Assembly: GCA_964016885.1 (NCBI GenBank)
Contig: OZ024746.1
Coordinates: forward strand, 53,010,001-53,074,000
Length of the DNA stretch: 64,000 bases
Direction: 5' to 3'
Source: Eledone cirrhosa
Lineage: Eukaryota
The position numbers and the translations under genes were made by a program. Position 1 is the stretch's first letter. Each line of letters starts with the position of its first letter. The notes under the pieces were generated by a model that was given only the letters and a program-made list of their open reading frames with translations, made no database searches and had not been told where the DNA came from. Shown here in pieces: positions 11,400-23,700 of this stretch.

Positions 11400-14300
11400 A
11401 TGGTAGTGTTGTTGTTGTTGTTATTGTAGTTAGTGGTTGCTGTGATGGTAGTGTTGTTGTTGTTATTCTAGTTAGTGGTTGCTGTGATGGTAGTCTTGTT
11501 GTTGTTGTTATTGTAGTTAGTGGTTTCTGTGATGGTAGTGTTGTTGTTGTTATTGTAGTTAGTGGTTGCTGAGATGGTAGTGTTGTTGTTGTTGTTGTTA
11601 TTGTAGTTAGTGGTTGCTGAGATGGTAGTGTTGCTGTTGTTGTTATTGTAGTTAGTGGTTGCTCTGATGGTAGTGTTGTTGTTGTTGTTATTGTATTTAG
11701 AGGTTGCTGAGATGGTAGTGTTGTTGTTGTTGTTATTGAAGTTAGTGGTTGATGAGATGGTAGTGTTGTTGTTGTTGTTATTGTAGTTAGAGCTTGCTGA
11801 GATGGTAGTGTTGTTGTTGTCGTTATTGTAGTTAGTGGTTGCTGTGATGGTAGTGTTGTTGTTATTATTGTAGTTAGAGGTTGCTGAGATATAAGTGTTG
11901 TTGTTGTTGTTATTGTTGTTAGTGGTTGCTGTTATGGTAGTGTTGTTGTTGTTATTCTAGTTAGTGGTTGCTGTGATGGTAGTGTTGTTGTTGTTGTTAT
12001 TGTAGTTAGTGGTTTCCGTGATGGTAGTGTTGTTGTTGTTATTCTAGTTAGTGGTTGCTGTGATGGTAGTGTTGTTGTTGTTATTGTAGTTAGAGGTTGC
12101 TGTTATGGTAGTGTTGTTGTTGTTATTCTAGTTAGTGGTTGCTGTGATAGTAGTGTTGTTGTTGTTGTTATTGAAGTTAGTGGTTTCCGTGATGGTAGTG
12201 TTGTTGTTGTTGTTATTATAGTTAGTGGTTGCTGTTATGGTAGTGTTGTTGTTGTTATTGTAGTTAGTGGTGGATGTGATGCTAGTGTTGTTGTTATTGT
12301 TATTGTAGTTAGTGGTTGTTGTGATGGTAATGTTGTTGTTATTGTTATTGTAGTTAGAGGTTGCTGTGTTGGTAGTGTTGTTGTTGTTATTGTAGTTAGT
12401 GGTTGTTGTGATGGTAGTGTTGTTGTTGTTGTTGTAGTTAGTGGTTGATGTGATGGTAGTGTTGTTATTATTATTGTAGTTAGTGGTTGTTGTGATGGTA
12501 GTGTTGTTGTTGTTGTTGTAGTTAGTGGTTGATCTGATGGTAGTGTTGTTGTTGTTATTGTAGTTAGTGGTTGTTGTGATGGTAGTGTTGTTGTTGTTGT
12601 TGTAGTTAGTGGTTGATGTGATGGTAATCTTGTTATTGTTATTGTAGTTAGTGGTTGTTGTGATGGTAGTGTTGTTGTTGTTATTGTAGTTAGTGGTTGT
12701 TGTGATGGTAGTGTTGTTGTTGTTGTTGTAGTTAGTGGTTGATGTGATGGTAGTGTTGTTGTTGTTATTGTAGTTAGTGGTTGTTGTGATGGTAGTGTTG
12801 TTGTTGTTGTTGTAGTTAGTGGTTGATGTGATGGTAGTGTTGTTGTTGTTATTGTAGTTAGTGGTTGTTGTGATGGTAGTGTTGTTGTTGTTGTTGTAGT
12901 TAGTGGTTGATGTGATGGTAGTGTTGTTGTTGTTATTGTAGTTAGTGGTTGCTGTTATGGTAGTGTTGTTGTTGTTATTGTAGTTAGAGATTGCTGAGAT
13001 GGTAGTGTTGTTGTTGTTGTTGTTAGTGGTTGCTGTGATGTTAGTGTTGTTGTTGTTATTGTAGTTAGTGGTTGCTGTGATGCTAGTGTTGTTGTTGTTG
13101 TTGTAGTTAGTGGTTGTTGTGATGGTAGTGTTGGTGTTATTGTTATTGTAGTTAGAGGTTGCTGTGATGGTAGTGTTGTTGTTGTTATTGTAGTTAGTGG
13201 TTGCTGAGATGGTAGTGTTGTTGTTGTTTTTATTGTAGTTAGATGTTGCTGAGATGGTAGTGTTGATGTTGTTGTTATTGTAGTTAGTGGTTGCTGAGAT
13301 GTTAGTGTTGTTGTTATTGTAGTTAGAGGTTGCTGAGATGGTAGTGTTGTTGTTGTTATTCTAGTTAGTGGTTGCTGTGATGGTAGTGTTGTTGTTGTTG
13401 TTATTGTAGTTAGAGGTTGCTGAGATGGTAGTGTTGTTGTTGTTGTTGTTATTGTAGTTAGTGGTTGCTGAGATGGTAGTGTTGTTGTTGTTGTTATTGT
13501 AGTTAGAGGTTGCTGAGATGGTAGTGTTGTTGTTGTTGTTATTCTTGTTAGTGGTTGCTGTGTTGGTAGTGTTGTTGTTGTTATTGTAGTTAGTGGTTGC
13601 TGAGATGGTAGTGTTGTTGTTGTTGTTATTGTAGTAAGTTGTTGCTGAGATGGTAGTGTTGTTGTTGTTGTTATTGTAGTTAGTGGTTGCTGTGATGGTA
13701 GTGTTGTTGTTGTTATTGTAGTTAGTGGTTGCTGAGATGGTAGTGTTGTTGTTGTTGTTATTGTAGTTAGTGGTTTCTGTGATGGTAGTGTTGTTGTTGT
13801 TGTTATTGTTATTGTAGTTAGTGGTTGTTGTGATGGTAGTGTTGTTGTTGTTATTCTAGTTAGTGGTTGCTGTGATGGTAGTGTTGTTGTTGTTGTTATT
13901 GTAGTTAGTGGTTGCTGTGATGGTAGTGTTGTTGTTGTTATTGTAGTTAGTGGTTGCTGAGATGGTAGTGTTGTTGTTGTTGTTATTGTAGTTAGTGGTT
14001 GCTGAGATGGTAGTGTTGTTGTTGTTATTCTAGTTAGTGGTTGCTGTGATGGTAGTGTTGTTGTTGTTATTCTAGTTAGTGGTTGCTGTGATGGTAGTGT
14101 TGTTGTTGTTGTTATTGTAGTTAGTGGTTGCTGTGATGGTAGTGTTGTTGTTATTGTAGTTAGTGGTTGCTGAGATGGTAGTGTTGTTGTTGTTGTTATT
14201 GTAGTTAGTGGTTGCTGAGATGGTAGTGTTGTTGTTGTTGTTATTGTAGTTAGTGGTTTCTGTGATGGTAGTGTTGTTGTTGTTGTTATTGTAGTTAGTG

Positions 14301-17300
14301 GTTGCTGTGATGGTAGTCTTGTTGTTGTTGTTATTGTAGTTAGTGGTTTCTGTGATGGTAGTGTTGTTGTTGTTTTTGTAGTTAGTGGTTGCTGAGATGG
14401 TAGTGTTGTTGTTGTTGTTATTGTAGTTAGTGGTTGCTGAGATGGTAGTGTTGCTGTTGTTGTTATTGTAGTTAGTGGTTGCTCTGATGGTAGTGTTGTT
14501 GTTGTTGTTATTGTATTTAGAGGTTGCTGAGATGGTAGTGTTGTTGTTGTTGTTATTGAAGTTAGTGGTTGCTGAGATGGTAGTGTTGTTGTTGTTGTTA
14601 TTGTAGTTAGAGCTTGCTGAGATGGTAGTGTTGTTGTTGTCGTTATTGTAGTTAGTGGTTGCTGTGATGGTAGTGTTGTTGTTATTATTGTAGTTAGAGG
14701 TTGCTGAGATATAAGTGTTGTTGTTGTTATTGTAGTTAGTGGTTGCTGTTATGGTAGTGTTGTTGTTGTTATTCTAGTTAGTGGTTGCTGTGATGGTAGT
14801 GTTGTTGTTGTTGTTATTGTAGTTAGTGGTTTCCGTGATGGTAGTGTTGTTGTTGTTATTCTAGTTAGTGGTTGCTGTGATGGTAGTGTTGTTGTTGTTA
14901 TTGTAGTTAGAGGTTGCTGTAATGGTAGTGTTGTTGTTGTTGTTATTGTAGTTAGTGGTTGCTGTTATGGTAGTGTTGTTGTTGTTATTCTAGTTAGTGG
15001 TTGCTGTGATGGTAGTGTTGTTGTTGTTGTTATTGAAGTTAGTGGTTTCCGTGATGGTAGTGTTGTTGTTGTTGTTATTATAGTTAGTGGTTGCTGTTAT
15101 GGTAGTGTTGTTGTTGTTATTGTAGTTAGTGGTGGATGTGATGCTAGTGTTGTTGTTATTGTTATTGTAGTTAGTGGTTGTTGTGATGGTAATGTTGTTG
15201 TTATTGTTATTGTAGTTAGAGGTTGCTGTGTTGGTAGTGTTGTTGTTGTTATTGTAGTTAGTGGTTGTTGTGATGGTAGTGTTGTTGTTGTTGTTGTAGT
15301 TAGTGGTTGATGTGATGGTAGTGTTGTTATTATTATTGTAATTAGTGGTTGTTGTGATGGTAGTGTTGTTGTTGTTGTTGTAGTTAGTGGTTGATCTGAT
15401 GGTAGTGTTGTTGTTGTTATTGTAGTTAGTGGTTGTTGTGATGGTAGTGTTGTTGTTGTTGTTGTAGTTAGTGGTTGATGTGATGGTAATCTTGTTATTG
15501 TTATTGTAGTTAGTGGTTGTTGTGATGGTAGTGTTGTTGTTGTTATTGTAGTTAGTGGTTGTTGTGATGGTAGTGTTGTTGTTGTTGTTGTAGTTAGTGG
15601 TTGATGTGATGGTAGTGTTGTTGTTGTTATTGTAGTTAGTGGTTGTTGTGATGGTAGTGTTGTTGTTGTTGTTGTAGTTAGTGGTTGATGTGATGGTAGT
15701 GTTGTTGTTGTTATTGTAGTTAGTGGTTGTTGTGATGGTAGTGTTGTTGTTGTTGTTGTAGTTAGTGGTTGATGTGATGGTAGTGTTGTTGTTGTTATTG
15801 TAGTTAGTGGTTTTTGTAATGGTAGTGTTGTTGTTGTTGTTGTAGTTAGTGGTTGGTGTGATGGTAGTGTTGTTATTGTTATTATAGTTAGTGGTTGCTG
15901 TTATGGTAGTGTTGTTGTTGTTATTGTAGTTAGAGATTGCTGAGATGGTAGTGTTGTTGTTGTTGTTGTTAGTGGTTGCTGTGATGTTAGTGTTGTTGTT
16001 GTTATTGTAGTTAGTGGTTGCTGTGATGCTAGTGTTATTGTTATTGTTATTGTAGTTAGTGGTTTTTGTGATGGTAGTGTTGTTGTTGTTGTTATTATAG
16101 TTAGTGGTTGCTGTTATGGTAGTGTTGTTGTTGTTATTGTAGTTAGTGGTGGATGTGATGCTAGTGTTGTTGTTATTGTTATTGTAGTTAGTGGTTGTTG
16201 TGATGGTAATGTTGTTGTTATTGTTATTGTAGTTAGAGGTTGCTGTGTTGGTAGTGTTGTTGTTGTTATTGTAGTTAGTGGTTGTTGTGATGGTAGTGTT
16301 GTTGTTGTTGTTGTAGTTAGTGGTTGATGTGATGGTAGTGTTGTTATTATTATTGTAGTTAGTGGTTGTTGTGATGGTAGTGTTGTTGTTGTTGTTGTTG
16401 TAGTTAGTGGTTGATGTGATGGTAGTGTTGTTGTTGTTATTGTAGTTAGTGGTTGTTGTGATGGTAGTGCTGTTGTTGTTGTTGTACTTAGTGGTTGATG
16501 TGAAGGTAATCTTGTTATTGTTATTATAGTTAGTGGTTGTTGTGATGGTAGTGTTGTTGTTGTTATTGTAGTTAGTGGTTGTTGTGATGGTAGTGTTGTT
16601 GTTGTTGATGTAGTTAGTGGTTGATGTGATGGTAGTGTTGTTGTTCTTATTGTAGTTAGTGGTTGTTGTGATGGTAGTGTTGTTGTTGTTGTTGTAGTTA
16701 GTGGTTGATGTGATGGTAGTGTTGTTGTTGTTATTGTAGTTAGTGGTTGTTGTAATGGTAGTGTTGTTGTTGTTATTGTAGTTAGAGATTGCTGAGATGG
16801 TAGTGTTGTTGTTGTTGTTGTTAGTTGTTGCTGTGATGTTAGTGTTGTTGTTGTTATTGTAGTTAGTGGTTGCTGTGATGCTAGTGTTGTTGTTATTGTT
16901 ATTGTAGTTAGTGGTTTTTGTGATGGTAGTGTTGTTGTTGTTGTTGTAGTTAGTGGTTGTTTTGATGGTAGTGTTGGTGTTATTGTTATTGTAGTTAGAG
17001 GTTGCTGTGATGGTAGTGTTGTTGTTGTTATTGTAGTTAGTGGTTGCTGTGATGGTAGTGTTGTTGTTGTTTTTATTGTAATTAGTCGTTGCTGAGATGG
17101 TAGTGTTGTTGTTGTTGTTATTGTAGTTAGATGTTGCTGAGATGGTAGTGTTGATGTTGTTGTTATTGTAGTTAGTGGTTGCTGAGATGGTAGTGTTGTT
17201 GTTATTGCAGTTAGAGGTTGCTGAGATGGTAGTGTTGTTGTTGTTATTCTAGTTAGTGGTTGCTGTGATGGTAGTGTTGTTGTTGTTGTTATTGTAGTTA

Positions 17301-20300
17301 GAGGTTGCTGAGATGGTAGTGTTGTTGTTGTTGTTATTCTTGTTAGTGGTTGCTGTGTTGGTAGTGTTGTTGTTGTTATTGTAGTTAGTGGTTGCTGAGA
17401 TGGTAGTGTTGTTGTTGTTGTTATTGTAGTAAGTTGTTGCTGAGATGGTAGTGTTGTTGTTGTTGTTATTGTAGTTAGTGGTTGCTGTGATGGTAGTGTT
17501 GTTGTTGTTATTGTAGTTAGTGGTTGCTGAGATGGTAGTGTTGTTGTTGTTGTTATTGTAGTTAGTGGTTTCTGTGATGGTAGTGTTGTTGTTGTTGTTA
17601 TTGTTATTGTAGTTAGTGGTTGTTGTGATGGTAGTGTTGTTGTTGTTATTCTAGTTAGTGGTTGCTGTGATGGTAGTGTTGTTGTTGTTGTTATTGTAGT
17701 TAGTGGTTGCTGTGATGGTAGTGTTGTTGTTGTTATTGTAGTTAGTGGTTGCTGAGATGGTAGTGTTGTTGTTGTTGTTATTGTAGTTAGTGGTTGCTGA
17801 GATGGTAGTGTTGTTGTTGTTATTCTAGTTAGTGGTTGCTGTGATGGTAGTGTTGTTGTTGTTATTCTAGTTAGTGGTTGCTGTGATGGTAGTGTTGTTG
17901 TTGTTGTTATTGTAGTTAGTGGTTGCTGTGATGGTAGTGTTGTTGTTGTTGTTATTGTAGTTAGTGGTTGCTGAGATGGTAGTGTTGTTGTTGTTGTTAT
18001 TGTAGTTAGTGGTTTCTGTGATGGTAGTGTTGTTGTTGTTGTTATTGTAGTTAGTGGTTGCTGTGATGGTAGTGTTGTTGTTGTTATTCTAGTTAGTGGT
18101 TGCTGTGATGGTAGTCTTGTTGTTGTTGTTATTGTAGTTAGTGGTTTCTGTGATGGTAGTGTTGTTGTTGTTATTGTAGTTAGTGGTTGCTGAGATGGTA
18201 GTGTTGTTGTTGTTGTTGTTATTGTAGTTAGTGGTTGCTGAGATGGTAGTGTTGCTGTTGTTGTTATTGTAGTTAGTGGTTGCTCTGATGGTAGTGTTGT
18301 TGTTGTTGTTATTGTATTTAGAGGTTGCTGAGATGGTAGTGTTGTTGTTGTTGTTATTGAAGTTAGTGGTTGCTGAGATGGTAGTGTTGCTGTTGTTGTT
18401 ATTGTAGTTAGTGGTTGCTCTGATGGTAGTGTTGTTGTTGTTGTTATTGTATTTAGAGGTTGCTGAGATGGTAGTGTTGTTGTTGTTGTTATTGAAGTTA
18501 GTGGTTGCTGAGATGGTAGTGTTGTTGTTGTTGTTATTGTAGTTAGAGCTTGCTGAGATGGTAGTGTTGTTGTTGTCGTTATTGTAGTTAGTGGTTGCTG
18601 TGATGGTAGTGTTGTTGTTATTATTGTAGTTAGAGGTTGCTAAGATATAAGTGTTGTTGTTGTTGTTATTGTAGTTAGTGGTTGCTGTTATGGTAGTGTT
18701 GTTGTTGTTATTCTAGTTAGTGGTTGCTGTGATGGTAGTGTTGTTGTTGTTGTTATTGTAGTTAGTGGTTTCCGTGATGGTAGTGTTGTTGTTGTTATTC
18801 TAGTTAGTGGTTGCTGTGATGGTAGTGTTGTTGTTGTTATTGTAGTTAGAGGTTGCTGTAATGGTAGTGTTGTTGTTGTTGTTATTGTAGTTAGTGGTTG
18901 CTGTTATGGTAGTGTTGTTGTTGTTATTCTAGTTAGTGGTTGCTGTGATGGTAGTGTTGTTGTTGTTGTTATTATAGTTAGTGGTTGCTGTTATGGTAGT
19001 GTTGTTGTTGTTATTGTAGTTAGTGGTGGATGTGATGCTAGTGTTGTTGTTATTGTTATTGTAGTTAGTGGTTGTTGTGATGGTAATGTTGTTGTTATTG
19101 TTATTGTAGTTAGAGGTTGCTGTGTTGGTAGTGTTGTTGTTGTTATTGTAGTTAGTGGTTGTTGTGATGGTAGTGTTGTTGTTGTTGTTATTGTAGTAAG
19201 TTGTTGCTGAGATGGTAGTGTTGTTGTTGTTGTTATTGTAGTTAGTGGTTGCTGTGATGGTAGTGTTGTTGTTGTTATTGTAGTTAGTGGTTGCTGAGAT
19301 GGTAGTGTTGTTGTTGTTGTTATTGTAGTTAGTGGTTTCTGTGATGGTAGTGTTGTTGTTGTTGTTATTGTTATTGTAGTTAGTGGTTGTTGTGATGGTA
19401 GTGTTGTTGTGGTTATTCTAGTTAGTGGTTGCTGTGATGGTAGTGTTGTTGTTGTTGTTATTGTAGTTAGTGGTTGCTGTGATGGTAGTGTTGTTGTTGT
19501 TATTGTAGTTAGTGGTTGCTGAGATGGTAGTGTTGTTGTTGTTGTTATTGTAGTTAGTGGTTGCTGAGATGGTAGTGTTGTTGTTGTTGTTATTGTAGTT
19601 AGTGGTTGCTGTGATGGTAGTGTTGTTGTTATTGTAGTTAGTGGTTGCTGAGATGGTAGTGTTGTTGTTGTTGTTATTGTAGTTAGTGGTTGCTGTGATG
19701 GTAGTCTTGTTGTTGTTGTTATTGTAGTTAGTGGTTGCTGTGATGGTAGTGTTGTTGTTGTTGTTATTGAAGTTAGTGGTTTCCGTGATGGTAGTGTTGT
19801 TGTTGTTGTTATTATAGTTAGTGGTTGCTGTTATGGTAGTGTTGTTGTTGTTATTGTAGTTAGTGGTGGATGTGATGCTAGTGTTGTTGTTATTGTTATT
19901 GTAGTTAGTGGTTGTTGTGATGGTAATGTTGTTGTTATTGTTATTGTAGTTAGAGGTTGCTGTGTTGGTAGTGTTGTTGTTGTTATTGTAGTTAGTGGTT
20001 GTTGTGATGGTAGTGTTGTTGTTGTTGTTGTAGTTAGTGGTTGATGTGATGGTAGTGTTGTTATTATTATTGTAGTTAGTGGTTGTTGTGATGGTAGTGT
20101 TGTTGTTGTTGTTGTTGTTAGTGGTTGATCTGATGGTAGTGTTGTTGTTGTTATTGTAGTTAGTGGTTGTTGTGATGGTAGTGTTGTTGTTGTTGTTGTA
20201 GTTAGTGGTTGATGTGATGGTAATCTTGTTATTGTTATTGTAGTTAGTGGTTGTTGTGATGGTAGTGTTGTTGTTGTTATTGTAGTTAGTGGTTGTTGTG

Positions 20301-23300
20301 ATGGTAGTGTTGTTGTTGTTGTTGTAGTTAGTGGTTGATGTGATGGTAGTGTTGTTGTTGTTATTGTAGTTAGTGGTTGTTGTGATGGTAGTGTTGTTGT
20401 TGTTGTTGTAGTTAGTGGTTGATGTGATGGTAGTGTTGTTGTTGTTATTGTAGTTAGTGGTTGTTGTGATGGTAGTGTTGTTGTTGTTGTTGTAGTTAGT
20501 GGTTGATGTGATGGTAGTGTTGTTGTTGTTATTGTAGTTAGTGGTTTTTGTAATGGTAGTGTTGTTGTTGTTGTTGTAGTTAGTGGTTGGTGTGATGGTA
20601 GTGTTGTTATTGTTATTATAGTTAGTGGTTGCTGTTATGGTAGTGTTGTTGTTGTTATTGTAGTTAGAGATTGCTGAGATGGTAGTGTTGTTGTTGTTGT
20701 TGTTAGTGGTTGCTGTGATGCTAGTGTTATTGTTATTGTTATTGTAGTTAGTGGTTGCTGTGATGCTAGTGTTGTTGTTATTGTTATTGTAGTTAGTGGT
20801 TTTTGTGATGGTAGTGTTGTTGTTGTTGTTGTAGTTAGTGGTTGTTTTGATGGTAGTGTTGGTGTTATTGTTATTGTAGTTAGAGGTTGCTGTGATGGTA
20901 GTGTTGTTGTTGTTATTGTAGTTAGTGGTTGCTGTGATGGTAGTGTTGTTGTTGTTTTTATTGTAATTAGTCGTTGCTGAGATGGTAGTGTTGTTGTTGT
21001 TGTTATTGTAGTTAGATGTTGCTGAGATGGTAGTGTTGATGTTGTTGTTATTGTAGTTAGTGGTTGCTGAGATGGTAGTGTTGTTGTTATTGCAGTTAGA
21101 GGTTGCTGAGATGGTAGTGTTGTTGTTGTTATTCTAGTTAGTGGTTGCTGTGATGGTAGTGTTGTTGTTGTTGTTATTGTAGTTAGAGGTTGCTGAGATG
21201 GTAGTGTTGTTGTTGTTGTTGTTATTGTAGTTAGTGGTTGCTGAGATGGTAGTGTTGTTGTTGTTGTTATTGTAGTTAGAGGTTGCTGAGATGGTAGTGT
21301 TGTTGTTGTTGTTATTCTTGTTAGTGGTTGCTGTGTTGGTAGTGTTGTTGTTGTTATTGTAGTTAGTGGTTGCTGAGATGGTAGTGTTGTTGTTGTTGTT
21401 ATTGTAGTAAGTTGTTGCTGAGATGGTAGTGTTGTTGTTGTTGTTATTGTAGTTAGTGGTTGCTGTGATGGTAGTGTTGTTGTTGTTATTGTAGTTAGTG
21501 GTTGCTGAGATGGTAGTGTTGTTGTTGTTGTTATTGTAGTTAGTGGTTTCTGTGATGGTAGTGTTGTTGTTGTTGTTATTGTTATTGTAGTTAGTGGTTG
21601 TTGTGATGGTAGTGTTGTTGTTGTTATTCTAGTTAGTGGTTGCTGTGATGGTAGTGTTGTTGTTGTTATTCTAGTTAGTGGTTGCTGTGATGGTAGTGTT
21701 GTTGTTGTTGTTATTGTAGTTAGTGGTTGCTGTGATGGTAGTGTTGTTGTTGTTATTGTAGTTAGTGGTTGCTGAGATGGTAGTGTTGTTGTTGTTGTTA
21801 TTGTAGTTAGTGGTTTCTGTCATGGTAGTGTTGTTGTTGTTGTTATTGTAGTTAGTGGTTGCTGTGATGGTAGTGTTGTTGTTATTCTAGTTAGTGGTTG
21901 CTGTGATGGTAGTGTTGCTGTTGTTGTTATTGTAGTTAGTGGTTGCTCTGATGGTAGTGTTGTTGTTGTTGTTATTGTATTTAGAGGTTGCTGAGATGGT
22001 AGTGTTGTTGTTGTTGTTATTGAAGTTAGTGGTTGCTGAGATGGTAGTGTTGTTGTTGTTGTTATTGTAGTTAGAGCTTGCTGAGATGGTAGTGTTGTTG
22101 TTGTCGTTATTGTAGTTAGTGGTTGCTGTGATGGTAGTGTTGTTGTTATTATTGTAGTTAGAGGTTGCTGAGACATAAGTGTTGTTGTTGTTGTTATTGT
22201 AGTTAGTGGTTGCTGTTATGGTAGTGTTGTTGTTGTTATTCTAGTTAGTGGTTGCTGTGATGGTAGTGTTGTTGTTGTTGTTATTGTAGTTAGTGGTTTC
22301 CGTGATGGTAGTGTTGTTGTTGTTATTCTAGTTAGTGGTTGCTGTGATGGTAGTGTTGTTGTTGTTATTGTAGTTAGAGGTTGCTGTAATGGTAGTGTTG
22401 TTGTTGTTGTTATTGTAGTTAGTGGTTGCTGTTATGGTAGTGTTGTTGTTGTTATTATAGTTAGTGGTTGCTGTTATGGTAGTGTTGTTGTTGTTATTGT
22501 AGTTAGTGGTGGATGTGATGCTAGTGTTGTTGTTATTGTTATTGTAGTTAGTGGTTGTTGTGATGGTAATGTTGTTGTTATTGTTATTGTAGTTAGAGGT
22601 TGCTGTGTTGGTAGTGTTGTTGTTGTTATTGTAGTTAGTGGTTGTTGTGATGGTAGTGTTGTTGTTGTTGTTGTAGTTAGTGGTTGATGTGATGGTAATC
22701 TTGTTATTGTTATTGTAGTTAGTGGTTGTTGTGATGGTAGTGTTGTTGTTGTTATTGTAGTTAGTGGTTGTTGTGATGGTAGTGATGTTGTTGTTGTTGT
22801 AGTTAGTGGTTGATCTGATGGTAGTGTTGTTGTTGTTATTGTAGTTAGTGGTTGTTGTGATGGTAGTGTTGTTATTATTATTGTAGTTAGTGGTTGTTGT
22901 GATGGTAGTGTTGTTGTTGTTGTTGTAGTTAGTGGTTGATCTGATGGTAGTGTTGTTGTTGTTATTGTAGTTAGTGGTTGTTGTGATGGTAGTGTTGTTG
23001 TTGTTGTTGTAGTTAGTGGTTGATGTGATGGTAATCTTGTTATTGTTATTGTAGTTAGTGGTTGTTGTGATGGTAGTGTTGTTGTTGTTATTGTAGTTAG
23101 TGGTTGTTGTGATGGTAGTGTTGTTGTTGTTGTTGTAGTTAGTGGTTGATGTGATGGTAGTGTTGTTGTTGTTATTGTAGTTAGTGGTTGTTGTGATGGT
23201 AGTGTTGTTGTTCTTGTTGTAGTTAGTGGTTGATGTGATGGTAGTGTTGTTGTTGTTATTGTAGTTAGTGGTTTTTGTGATGGTAGTGTTGTTGTTGTTG

Positions 23301-23700
23301 TTGTAGTTAGTGGTTGGTGTGATGGTAGTGTTGTTATTGTTATTATAGTTAGTGGTTGCTCTTATGGTAGTGTTGTTGTTGTTATTGTAGTTAGAGATTG
23401 CTGAGATGGTAGTGTTGTTGTTGTTGTTGTTAGTGGTTGCTGTGATGTTAGTATTGTTGTTGTTATTGTAGTTAGTGGTTGCTGTGATGCTAGTGTTATT
23501 GTTATTGTTATTGTAGTTAGTGGTTTTTGTGATGGTAGTGTTGTTGTTGTTGTTGTAGTTAGTGGTTGTTGTGATGGTAGTGTTGGTGTTATTGTTATTG
23601 TAGTTAGAGGTTGCTGTGATGGTAGTGTTGTTGTTGTTATTGTAGTTAGTGGTTGCTGAGATGGTAGTGTTGTTGTTGTTTTTATTGTAGTTAGTCGTTG
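11400..23700. repeat. Higher-order repeat family of about 2.8-3.9 kb, four related copies
   Basis: The ordered marker set GTTGCTGTT / GCTCTGAT / GTATTTAG / TTGAAGTT / AGAGCTTG / GTCGTT / GA(T/C)ATAAGT occurs four times, with ATAAGT near 11891, 14711, 18647 and 22175. The first two copies are 2820 bp apart, and the later copies are rearranged. Confidence 0.8.

Noticed and set aside
6176-22176. Short minus-strand Thr-rich ORFs (6176-6499, 9559-9882, 21820-22176) as standalone genes
   Set aside because: Their starts and stops are point variants in mid-array, with no flanking unique or regulatory sequence. The first two are copies from one duplication.
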